A stretch of DNA of 64,000 nt from Octopus vulgaris (taxonomy: Eukaryota): contig OX597819.1 in NCBI GenBank assembly GCA_951406725.2, positions 90,954,001 through 91,018,000 of the forward strand. The letters run 5' to 3'. Positions 23,425 to 36,160 of the stretch are shown here, piece after piece. Both the position numbers and the translations under genes were made by a program. The stretch's first letter is position 1. The number at the start of each line of letters is the position of its first letter. The notes below the pieces were generated by a model. The model had not been told where the DNA came from. It searched no databases and saw nothing but the letters and a program-made list of their open reading frames with translations.

Positions 23425-24298
23425 TTGTTAACTCAGCAGTCAATGTTATGACACAGATTTCCCTACATACACAACAACACTCATGTTACATTTGCATACG
23501 GCGAAGCACACAACACACAGATACACACATATATATATACATACATCAGTATATACACTAAATGCGCACGCACATACATACAAACACCTAGATACTTCCA
23601 CGATGATACGCGCACACATCACTCTACGCACCTTTCCCCCCCCCCATCCTACACACAGAAACACACACATATCCAATCACGAAGATACGCATCCATGTCC
23701 CTCCCTTCTCTCCCCTCCCCATTGCATACGCAGCCACATGCATACATCTATGGTGATACTCTCATATCTAAGTACTTACACCCACACATACACACAGAAA
23801 TATATATTCCCCACCACATACATACCAGACTGTATTTAGTATGTAATTTTTATTGTTGCTACCGTCTTGTCAGCCATATTGGCTCTTTTCTCTCAAAATT
23901 CTATAGTTTATTTGTTTTTCTCAGTTTCAACTAAAAAAAAAAGCTTCCACCGGTGATGTTAAATTAATTCCGTACATTTGATGAAAATATATACATGTAT
24001 ATATACATATATATATTTATATTTATACCATCTAATATAAATATAATATATTACAGCTGGTTTGTTTCAAAGAATTCTTATTAGTTTCGTTGTGTGTGTG
24101 TTTTTTTTTTATGTAGTTTCATAAATAGCAAACTTGGTAGATTTAGTTCTTTCCTCTATTCTTGTGTTTGTATATATATATGTTTGTTCGGAAACTAAAA
24201 GTCCATTAGAAATAATTTCATAGGGAATAAAATTAACTCATCTCTCAGTACTTGGTACTTTTTAATCAGTGCCGGAGAGGATGAAAGGGAGGGAGTTG

Positions 24299-24336
<38 letters not shown>

Positions 24337-24384
24337 CTAATCCTTTCAGAATATTTTATTTCACTGTTCTGGGTTTTTTTTAAT

Positions 24385-24470
24385 TTTCCAAACTATTTAT
24401 GTAGCTCTCTGAATTATACAGAGAAAAAAAAATATAAGAATTAGCTATAGTTTCGTAGTTTTGTGTACAC

Positions 24471-24518
<48 letters not shown>

Positions 24519-24839
24519 TATACAAAACTATGAAACTCCCACGCGCGCACACACACATATAGACATCATAAAGGCTAAAGAGAAAGAAAAAAACTGATTC
24601 AGTACAAATAATCTTATTTTATTCCGATTAAATTGCAAGGGGACTATGACTCCGAAGTTTTGCCGGCTACCGTAATTAGACTATATGTGTGTGTGCAATT
24701 TCGATACCGAAAAATAAATCTAATGGCAAAATATGCTCGTATATTTTAGTTTTTACACATATGTTACACAGTTGATGTTCGTAGCTGAAAAGAATTCTCA
24801 AAGAAAGAAAAAGTTAGCAAAGATTGCTGTGTGTGCATA

Positions 24840-24909
<70 letters not shown>

Positions 24910-24928
24910 TGCTATATTCATATAAATG

Positions 24929-24985
<57 letters not shown>

Positions 24986-25212
24986 ATTCTCAAACAAGAA
25001 GGTCGATGTATTTTAAGATAAAGAAATCTTAGGAAGAAAGTATTGGTTGTATATGTATATATTTTTAAAGTTGGAACAAAATTATACAGCTATATAAGTT
25101 ATAAAAGGTGTTGAAAGTTTCCTTCCATATAGGAACAAATATATATATATATAATATGATTTGTTTATTAGATTATTTTTAATTCAGAGAGCTACGTGAA
25201 GAGTTTGGAAAA
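24385..25212. repeat. 32-bp inverted repeat pair about 800 bp apart
   Basis: TTTTCCAAACTATTTATGTAGCTCTCTGAATT (24385-24416) versus AATTCAGAGAGCTACGTGAAGAGTTTGGAAAA (25181-25212), 3 mismatches. Confidence 0.8.
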
Positions 25213-25563
25213 TAAAGATTCTATTAATCTTTTTCTTTTAAAATTTCCCAAAAGTTCTGGACACTTAGTTGGCAGCAAATATTTACTTTTAGCATTTTTC
25301 TTGGCTTTGTTTATTTTCTTCCCTTAATAATAAATTCAGTTTTATAAGAGTTATATGTACTTAAACAAAACAAAGTAACTAGTCGTTCACTCAAGTCATC
25401 ATAATACTACGTGGCCGATCATATTACTGAAAATAGCAACCAAATATCCTATTTACAGGCTATCTACTATCTTTCAAAAAGTAAAATAAATATAATTATA
25501 GTATATATTCTAAAAGAAAATAACAAAGGGTCAGAGCTCCTTAGATCGGGGTCTGTCAAATAA

Positions 25564-25622
<59 letters not shown>

Positions 25623-26849
25623 TATTGGATATAGTGCCACATATACTGAATATATAAAATAGAGGCAGGATGGTCATGGTAGGGTATTTTAAAACAGTAT
25701 TGACTTGGGAGCGAAGATTATTCAATAATAATATAATTCACCGGTGGTTTCTTTGGCACGGGTTTGGCCTATATATTTACTTTATAAAAGGCTACTGTTG
25801 GCCCATTGTGAATATATATCTTTATTTAAATCAAATTAATATACATAATTATCATGAGGAAAAAATGCATTCTAATAAAGTGGTAATATTCTGTTTTTCT
25901 AATTATATTTTAGTTCCATACTTCTTTTGTTTGTAACATGGAACAATTTTTTAATGTCAACAAAGGATGCCTCCCTTGCGATTAATACATAAATGTAAAC
26001 ACACACATACACACACACACGTGTCTATCTGTGTGAATAGTGCGCGTGCGTATGTGTGTGTGTATATATATATATGCATTTACATATGTATGTTTATTTA
26101 TGTTTATGTTTTCCAGTTTCAGCTCTTGAGCTGTGGCCATGCTGGGGCTACGTATATATATACATATGTATATATATATACATATATATATCTATATATA
26201 CATACATATATATATACATGTATATATATTGGCTAAACTGGCAAAATTACCATTCCGAAATACAACAACATATATATATATATACACACACACATAAGTA
26301 TGTATATTCTACGTTTATACACACATATGTATGTATATTTTATGTTTATACATATATATATAGTTTAGCTGGCTGAAACTTCGAAGTCATTCAACATTCT
26401 TGTTTAAAAAGAATAAGATTAATGCAAAACTGATTTTATTATATATAACTGGACATGAAAACAACAATATATATATAATCTATGTTATATCTGTATCATA
26501 TATGTACACAATAAATATAATATAAATGGGTAAATGTATATAATCTACATTTATAAGACGGTGCTCCAGCATGGCCGCAGTCAAATAACAAACAAGTTAA
26601 AGAATATATATTTATATTATATATATAGATGATTGCTATTCGTGTTATTGAAATTGTGTGTGCGATTGGAAAATATACTTTGGGGAACAAAAGTAATACT
26701 TTAGTGGGTATAATTTATTCAGTAGTAAAAATAAAATTAAGCTACAATTCCCCATTAAATCCCTTCCTTTTCTTGTCTTCTCATTGTTGGTCTGCCACGT
26801 ATACCTGACATTTTTGCGTTTTTCTATTTCTTGGGTTCTAACTTTTATA

Positions 26850-26948
26850 ATTCATTAAAATTTATAAAAGAGGAATATGAACGGGATAAACATTTTCTAT
26901 TCATTAAAATTTATGAAGGAGGAATACTTAACAGGATAAACATTTTCT
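26850..26948. repeat. Tandem duplication of about 49-50 bp
   Basis: ATTCATTAAAATTTAT(A/G)AA(A/G)GAGGAATA..AAC(G/A)GGATAAACATTTTCT repeated twice. Confidence 0.9.
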
Positions 26949-27363
26949 TAAATATTAATGAATAAATTTATCGGGGTATAGGGTTTGTTTATATCAGTCC
27001 CCACATCTCCCTTTGTTTACTTGCTGTTCACCTAAATAACACAGAAACATCAGCCACGGGAAAACCTCAGCCTACACTAAAAATAGCAGCTACGTGTCTC
27101 AACTAAAAATAAAACAGGATGGTCATAGGAACGTCTATGATCATAGGCCTGCGAGAAATTGAGGCTGACTGCTGAACAACAAAATAACATCAACATGACT
27201 TAGAACCAAAAAAAAAAACCAACGCGCACACGCACGTACTCCTCCACTATACACGAATATAGAGAGGGAGGGAGAGAGAGGAGGAGAGAAGCACTCTCGC
27301 ACGCGCACACCACACCACAACATAACACAAGCATTACAACGTGCGGCTTGTTTGTTGCCAAAG

Positions 27364-27470
27364 TGATCGAGGTCTACGTGATCGTCGTATCGTCTAGAAA
27401 TAACAACCAAAGCACTTGATCGAGGTCTACGTGATCGTCGTACAGTCTAGAAATAACAACCAAAGCACTT
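27364..27470. repeat. Recent 53-bp tandem duplication
   Basis: TGATCGAGGTCTACGTGATCGTCGTA[TC/CA]GTCTAGAAATAACAACCAAAGCACT repeated twice with 2 differences. Confidence 0.95.
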
Positions 27471-28412
27471 TCGGGCCCCGTAATACCATCTCTTACGATG
27501 CAAGCGAAGATTAAACAGGGGTAGTCTGAGATAAATATTTCCAAAACAAAACGAAACTACCAAACAGCAGGAACAGTAGTTTCAGCTTTTTAACACACAC
27601 ACATACACACAGATAAGAAGGGATGTGTAATTTGACGGTTTTGATGAGTAAAGATAGCTAAAATAATGGGGCTCTTAGCACTGTATACAGTAAACTCATT
27701 AAATATGATCTTGATGGCAATGGCCTCAATGGTCGTGTGTGTGTGTGTGTGTGTGTCATTTAGCTTTATTTCAAGATTTTTTTTTTGCTAATAGAATGTG
27801 TGTGTGTATTTATGTTTGTATATGTATGTATTTTTGTCTGTGTGTGCGCGCGCACGTTTCCTAACCATGTAGTTTCGGGTTCAGTCCCACTGCGTGGAAC
27901 TTTAGACAAGTGTCTTCTATTACCTCGGGCCAACTTAGAGTAAATTTATAAACGCAAAGTGATGTGTATGTATGTGTGTTTACCTCTCCGCCTTAACGTC
28001 ACGTGTAATTTTTGAAAACACATGTCAACACCATATAAGAGATATTCATTTTTAATCTTCCATTAAAAGATATCTACGAAACAAATGAGTCTGGTACAAG
28101 AGGGGCATCTGGCCATAGAAAATGTGCCTCCACTTTTGTTTGAGTCCCCCTCCCCTTGCAAGCATGGACAAGTGGATGTTAAAATGATGATGATGATAGA
28201 GAGAGAAATTTGGTGTTGGAAACAGGAGAAAGTAGCACATATATATTAATTTATTAGATGCAAAGCTAGATAAGTTTGCATTATCTTAACAGCGAATACA
28301 TATATCATCCATATCTACATATGTGACAAAGAAAGGTATATAAAATACCATGCTTAAATGATGATGTATATATATACACATATATATGCATACATTTATA
28401 TATATATATATA

Positions 28413-28622
28413 CAGGGTGTCCCAGAAGTCGCTCACCACCCTGGTTTTTTAAAAGATTACACCCTTTTTGATTTCAAAAACACTTTATTGAAATTAATCG
28501 TAACAAATGCTCAAATTGAGCACCTTCTACAATAAAACATGCAGAAAAAATATATAATAAAATAGAATGCTTTAATTATTTTAAATGAAAACCAGAATGG
28601 TCGCGGCTTCTGGGACACTCCG
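28413..28622. mobile_element. Tc1/mariner-type MITE
   Basis: TIRs of about 35 bp, CAGGGTGTCCCAGAAGTCGC...CTGGTTT and AAACCAG...GCGGCTTCTGGGACACTCCG, flanked by TA/(TA)n. Confidence 0.85.
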
Positions 28623-28653
<31 letters not shown>

Positions 28654-28689
28654 CTAAGTATATACATGGACATATGTATATTATATTTA

Positions 28690-29117
28690 GGGCAGTCAAA
28701 GCCAAACTGACTCACAAAACTTTCTGAATAGCATGACTAAATGAAAAATTTCTTCAAATTTTTTTTTAGTAATACATGTATGCACTACATAAGTATTACA
28801 GCAATTTTTACTTAAGGTAAAAATTTGTTTTTCTACATGTTTTAAACATAAGACGTAATAAAAAACATCACTAATTTATTATTTTTCCCCCCTATTATTT
28901 CCCCTCTTTGCATAAACCTAGCCTTTAAACCCTAACTCTAAGTCCCAAAGATGAAACCCTTACCTTAAACCAGTCATAAGCAACCTTTTTCGAAATACTG
29001 GCCACATAAGACAAGACTCATCATCAGACAGGCTGTACTAATAAAATTTGAAGAAATTTTTCATTTAGTCATGCTATTCAGAAAGTTTTGTGGGTCACAG
29101 TTTGACCATGACTGCCC
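28690..29117. mobile_element. MITE with about 80-bp TIRs and a degenerate CCCTAA-like interior
   Basis: Left TA-GGGCAGTCA...CACAAAACTTTCTGAATAGCATGACTAAATGAAAAATTTCTTCAAATTTT is the reverse complement of 29043-29119 (...TGACTGCCC-TA). Confidence 0.85.
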
Positions 29118-29341
29118 TAAACTGAATCTTTCCTTTCTGGATTGTTAAAAACGTGATTGTAAGACTATGGTTTCAATTCCTGGACATGGCGATACTTTGT
29201 GTTCTTGAGTAAAACACTTCATTTCATGCTGCTCCAGGCGTCCAGTCCATGTGCGGAATATATATTTGTCATGAAACTGGGAAATTGGCCCTTGTGTGTC
29301 GGCATGGCTCAAGAAGGTAACTTCATATGTATTGTTTAATG

Positions 29342-29492
29342 TACCGTATTTGATGGCATAAAAGATGCATCAGCACCAATTCCAGCAGTGCATATGTGGC
29401 ATCAGCTTATGGGAAACCCAACTTTGTATGTTGGACCTGGGGTGATTATTTTGAAAAAGAAAAGTGCACCTTAAATACTATCAAATAAGGTA
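29342..29492. mobile_element. pogo/Tc2-type MITE
   Basis: TIRs TACCGTATTTGATGGCATAAAAGATGCA and TGCACCTTAAATACTATCAAATAAGGTA. Confidence 0.7.
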
Positions 29493-32059
29493 TATGTAAT
29501 TTATATGGAATAACATATTCCTTGTGGTTAAGAAACTTGCTCCCTAATCATGTAGCCTTGGGTTCAGTGCTACTGCGTGGCATCTTGGGCCAGTGTCTTC
29601 TACTATAGCCCCAAGCTGACCAAAGGCTTGTGACTAGATTTGGTAGAAACTGGAAGAAACTCATCACACACACATATATATTGATGTATATATGTGTTTG
29701 TGTTGTCCCTATCTCCACTGTTTGGTAACCAAAGTCATGTTGACATTCGGCCTAAGGGACCAGCTGTATATCAGGCTTAGAGTAAAAGAAAATACTGGGG
29801 TTAATTTATTTGTCTAAAAATCTTCATGGAAATGCCCCAGCATGACTGAAACTTGTAACAGCTAAAATTTATATATTGTTAATATAGGTGCAGATGTGAT
29901 AGTGTGGTTAAAGATGTTGCTTAGCATGGGCTTCAGTCCACTGTATTTAGCACTTAGTTATCATAATAAGCTAGAGTTGTATAAAATAAAACATTTCAAC
30001 ACTGCTTTGTTTCCAGGACACCATGAAACTCAATGTTTTTATTTTGTCTAAAGTAGGTGGTTTCCAGGCAAAGAAGGTGAAAGTGTTTTCTTGAAAATAC
30101 AGTCTGTGCCAGTTAGATACTGCAAAACTTTCAGTGTGACATTGTCATTAAAGAAGTTAGATCCACCAAATATTTATTACTGAATTCCTAATTAATGTGA
30201 GCAAAGCATGGCTATTAACTAGTCATTACGAACACATTTTTCCAACGAAACTATCTCTTGTGCAAGTCATTCAGCTCAAGTATAATTGGATGTATGACGT
30301 GGCAAGAATTAAAATAGTCCATAAAAAACACACTGTTTTCGCAAAGGAAAAAACGTTTTTTTAACCTGGGAAATACCTACTTGTCACTATGTTAAAAAAT
30401 TCACTTTCATATGCCCCTGGAAGTCAATAAGTGTTTCTATTTATTATTACAGGAGAGTCAATATGAAAAGTAAACAAAAATATAATTATTTGAAAGTTGG
30501 AAAACACAAATATCTTTTTATTTGTCTGTCTGTCTATCCTTCCTTTTACTTGTTTTGTCATGGGACTGTAATTATGTGACACTGCTTTGAAGGGTTTAGT
30601 GGAACAAAACAACCCCAGTACTTATTTGAAGTATGATTCTTATTCTATCAGTTACTCTAAATTATGGGAACAGGAGTGGCTGTGTGGTAAGTAGCTTGCT
30701 TACCAACCACATGGTTCTAGGTTCAGTCCCACTGCGTGGCATCTGTACGTATATATATGTATAATGATTGCACCATTTCATGATTTTCTGTTCACTCCTC
30801 AGAGGAATCATACCTATTTGGTAGTACAGTGTGTTCATCTACTATACATGTCAGTCATCAGATATGCTATTATCTGCCTATTTGAACCTTAGATGGCTCA
30901 TCATTAAGTCTATATTTTATGCACAACACAGTGTGAACTAGGAGTACAGAAATAATTTTAAATATGACATAGGTGTGGGCATGGCTGTGTGGTAAGAAGT
31001 TTGCTTCCCAACCACATGGTTTTGGGTTCAGTCCTACTGCGGGCATCTTGGGCAAATGTATTCTATTATAGCCTCAGGCCAACCAAAGCCTTGTGAGTGG
31101 GTTTGAGAGGTGGAAACTGGAAAAAGCCTGTCATATATATTTGTATCTAATCTATCTGTGTCTTTGTGTCACTGTTTGATAACTGGTGTTGGTGTGTTTA
31201 TGTCCTCATAACTTAACGGTTCGGTACAGAGAACAATAGGATAATTATCAAGTTTTAAAAATATAAGTTCTAGGGTCTATTCATTCGATTATAAACTCTT
31301 CAAGGTGATGCCTCTGCATGGCTGCATTCTAATAACCGAAACCAGTAAAAGATAAAAGATGAGAAAACCCTTAGAGATATATTTAAGAAATATAAACATT
31401 TTCTTTCTATGCTTTTTGAAAAACAACTCTATCAGTTTCTAGACTATAGATAAACAAGAGACATGAACACAAAACAGGCATTTATGCAAACATACTTTGT
31501 TTACCTGAATATGATATGTACATATTTATATATATATATATATAACTTGTTTGCATGTAAATTGCACGTAGACACACTTGTAATTATATATAGGTTTTGA
31601 CTATTACTAGCCCAGGTCATGTCTACCTACTTCACCTGGATTAGTCTTATAAGACATGTTTTACAAAAAATACATATATACATGCTTACATATATTTATA
31701 TTATGTGTATATTGTATACACATTATATATGTATATATATAGGCGCAGGAATGGCTGTGTGGTAAGTAGCTTGCTTACCAACCACATGGTTCCGGATTCA
31801 GTCCCACTGTGTAGCACCTATCTATAAACTATATATATCATCATCAATCATGGACCAAATATTATTTCTTGAGGCAGTTCTTCTATGGATGCCCTTCTTA
31901 TCTTCTTACCACACAACCATGTCTGCATATAAGTATATATGTATGTATTATGCATACATATATGTGTGTATACATAGGTAAATGTGAGTGTTCCTAACAC
32001 ATACAATAGAGGAATCAGCTACCCTAGTTGACTGCAGTATGATAGTTAAAGCAATTAAG

Positions 32060-32876
32060 TATATAAAAGCAAGGTAACTCTCTGGTGCATCATGAGTCCC
32101 TATTGAGATGCTTAAAATATTGAGGATATGGCCTAGTCACGCCTACAGTTAATAAGGTTGTACAAGAAGGTGTTATACTTAGCAACTTGCTTAACAGCAT
32201 TATAGTCAACTGCATTAATGTTAAAGACGATTTCTTAGATAGAAGTAATTACAATGGTATCAAACTTTGGAACAGGTCCCGAAAGTTATGGAAAGTGTTA
32301 TAACCCAATTAATTAGGAAGAGAATTAGGTTAGATGAAATGCAGTTTGGTTTTGTGCCAGGAAGAAGCACTGCTCATGCCTTCTTTCTTGAAAGACAGCT
32401 GTAGAAGTATTTAGTTAATAGTAAACCTCTGAACTTAACCGCCATTGGCCTGAGAAAGCCTTCAACTGGGTCCTTCACTCTGTGATTTGGTGGTTCCTAA
32501 GGAAGCCAGGGCTAAACAAAAAGCTTGTATGAGCCATACAAGTATATTAAGGGGTACTATCAGTAAAATGTGAGTTACCATAAGCACAGCAACAAAGTTA
32601 GTGTACAGGTAGGAGTTCACCAGGGCTCAGTTTGCTGTCCCTTCATATTAATCACAGACCGTAACAGAGGAAACTACTATATGTTGATGATCACATTCTT
32701 ATAACTGAATGTGTAGTAAAATTAAAGAATTTCCAGGTGTAGAAGCAGAACCTGGAATCAAAGTGTTAAATTTAACTTACCAAAGGACCAAAGTTTTAAT
32801 TAGTGGGAAAGCACACACCACAACTCTACTTCCTTTAGGAAAATGATTCTGCTCGGAATGTAGAAAAGGAGTAGGT
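32060..32876 (+). pseudogene. Decayed RTE-clade LINE reverse transcriptase fragment
   Basis: Translated remnants DEMQFGFVPGRSTAHAFF, EKAFN, GVHQGSV, LYVDD and GK*FCSECRKGVG, with stops and frameshifts. Confidence 0.9.
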
Positions 32877-33647
32877 ATGTGTGTGTGTGAGACATGTAAA
32901 ATAAAAATGCTTGTGATTACAAATGCGGACAAATATCTTCTAAATCAGTCGAGCGTACTTTATTTAGTGATATTTACTTTGTTTACAAGAAAACCCTCAA
33001 GGTTGCTGCATATAATAGATAGAGAGTAATAACCAAAGCAACTTCAACTACACTAAAGCTTGCCAGATGGCTTAAGTTCAAGTATTACATTACCCACCTC
33101 ATTGTTTTGGATGTTGGTTGTAATGTCATGCCTCTGTTTATCTTACCTATTTCAGCTACTGATACATGAACTCTTGTTAGGTAGCTGTTTGTTTCACATT
33201 TTGGACTCCTCTCATTTGCAATATCTTTTCTGTTTTTCTCACTATTTTTTTTTTTTTACTCTAGTAGAAGAAAACCTCTCTTGCTACAATTAGAACATTT
33301 TCCTGATGTAATTAACATATTATCGCCTATGATAAACAACAGTAAACCCCCCAAAAAGCATAGATTTTAGATAATATGACAGTGCTATAATAATACTAAT
33401 ACTATTAATAATAATCCTTTCTTATTTTGGCACAAGGCCAGCAATTTTGAGGGGTGGGGAAGGGAATTACATTGACCTCCCCCAGCGCTCACTGGCACTT
33501 ATTTTGTCAACTCTGAAAGGATGGCAGCATTTGAACAACAACAAAAAATACTCAAGGAGCAGGGTTAGGAAGGGTATCTAGCTGTCGAAATCTTGCCAAA
33601 CACCCGAACTCACATAAAGAAAATTGCAAACAAAATCCCAAAACGAA

Positions 33648-33687
<40 letters not shown>

Positions 33688-33688
<1 letters not shown>

Positions 33689-33850
33689 TGAGAGGTTACA
33701 GAAAAGTTCTTCGCTTTGGGTAAAAGATAAAACAGAAGGATCTGTTTTGAATAAAATCATAAAATTATGATTTTATTCAACATATTCCCCTCTCAGGTTC
33801 ACAGACTTATTGCAGCAATCCTTCAGTTTTTCTAAACCCTGTAAAAAAAA
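33688..33850 (-). mobile_element. mariner-like 3' terminal fragment
   Basis: GAGAGGTTACAGAAAAGTTCTTCGCTTT TIR-like end followed by TTCAACATATTCCCCTCTCAG...CTTATTGCAGC, the antisense of a transposase C-terminus (GEYVE*). Confidence 0.6.
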
Positions 33851-34953
33851 CTTGGATTTATGCTTTTATACATACATACAAACATATGTACGTACATGTA
33901 CATGTGTGAAGAAGGAGAAGAAGAAGAATTGTTTTAAATTTTGTCACAAGGGCAGCAATTTGGGGGCGATGGGGACAAGTACTTATTTAACTGACCCTGA
34001 AAGGATGAAAGGCAAAGTAAACCATAGAGGAATTTGAACTCAGAACATAAAGACAGACAAAATACTGTAAAGCATTTTGTCCAGTGTGCTAACGTGTCTA
34101 CCAGTTCACTGCTATTACTACTGCTACTACTACTACTACTACTACTACTAATAATAATAATAATAATAATCATAATAATAATAATAACAATAATAGTCAT
34201 TTCTACCATAGGCACAAGGTCTGAAATTGTTTGAGAGGGAGCTAGACAATTACATCAACCTCAGTGCAAAACTGGTACTTATTTCATTGACCCCTGAAAG
34301 GATGAAAGGTGAAGTTGACCTGGGCAGAATTTGAAGTCAGAATGTAAAGATGGATAAAATGCTACTGAGTATTTTACTTACTTTGCTAACAAGTCTGCCA
34401 GCTTGCTGCCAATAATAATATTAATAATAATAACAACAACAACACAACAGTTTCTAACTCTGCCAGAGGGTAGGAATATGGTTGATTCATTAATTTTTCC
34501 ATCCGCCCACCTACCCATGTCACTCATATTAGTTCGCTTGTACTTATTTTATTTTACTAACACCTCAGAAGTCTGAAAGTAGAGTCAGCTGCTCAAGGAA
34601 TCTGATTGGAAAGTATAGAAGGACAGAACTAAATGCTATTAGGCTATCATAATATATGGTGTTGGTGATGGTGATGATGATGATGATGATGATGTTGACG
34701 ATGATGGGGAGGAGGAGGATTATAGAAAATTCTGCCATTTATCCTCTTCCTTTTCTCTCTCTCTATATATATATCATAACCTTTCCTTTTTACTTCTTTA
34801 GTTCTAAATATTTTAGAGTGATCTCTCACTCTTCTCTACTACTACTACTACTACTACTACCAGCAGCAGCACCACCACCACCATCATCAACACCTCTTCC
34901 ATTGTGACATTTACACTTGTTTGTTTACTTATTAATTGTATAGTATGCATGTA

Positions 34954-34989
<36 letters not shown>

Positions 34990-35784
34990 TATGCTTATAT
35001 GTATGAATGTCTCTCTGTCTACATATATGTATACATATATATCTATCTATCTGTCCATCTTTCTCATCTCTCTCTGTATATATATATATATCAACACAGT
35101 CTGCTGATATGTATAGCTGTTAGTGTTTGTCAACATTTAAAGGCTCACTACTGTTCTTTGCACTCAACTGTATTTCATACTTCAGCAAAGCCTTTTACTT
35201 GACATTTTCTTCCAACACTCAACTTATTTATTCTTAGCAGCTTCGAAGTCTCATTATAATGCAATTATATTCTAATTTCCCCTTTCCAGTAATAATTAAT
35301 AAAAGCCAAATTACCAACTTCACTTGGAATATGTCACTCACAAAACAATACACTTACTATCTTACTCCTCCACCACCACCACCACTGCCACCACCACCCA
35401 CCCTGTAGTCTCTTTCTCTCTGTTGGTCTATTGCTCTCTCCCCACCCATAGTCACATTTTAGTTATTTGGTACATCAGTGCAGACAGCATAACCAGTAGA
35501 GCATGGGGGCTCTAGAATGCTTTATTACTGTATTTAGTTTCATCTATCTGCCAGCAAGAGTTAAAAATTAGTTTGGGAGTCAGACTTATTTTTCATGCTG
35601 TTGAGAAATGATTAAAATTGAATGTGTATACCAATTCACACATGCACGCACACATATATACATATATAACTAAATCAAGGATATGGAAACAATTGTAGGT
35701 GAAATTGAGTTTGACATTGTTCAGAATTGTATTATGTTCTAATAAATTGATGTCTATATGCCAGTTTTTCCATTTTCTTTTTCT

Positions 35785-36160
35785 CAGTGGCTGTGTGGTA
35801 AGTAGCTTGTTTACCAACCACATGGTTCTGGGTTCAGTCCCACTGCATGGCACTTTGGGCAAGTGTCTTCTACTATAGCCTCGGGCCGACCAAAGCCTTG
35901 TGAGTGGATTTGGTAGATGGAAACTAAAAAGAAGCCGGTCGTATATATGTATGTGTATATATATGTGCTTGTGTGTCTGTGTTTGTCCACCCAACATCGC
36001 TAGACAACCAATGCTGGTGTGTTATGTTCCCATAACTCAGTGGTTCAGCAAAAAAGACTGATAGAATAAGTACTAGGGTTACAAAGAATAAGTCCTTGGG
36101 TCAATTTGCTCGACTAAAGGCGGTACTCTAGCATGACTGAAACAAGTAAAAGAGTAATAC
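35785..36160 (+). mobile_element. SINE family A, near full-length copy
   Basis: Colinear with 14008-14397 over head, central block and tail. Confidence 0.9.
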
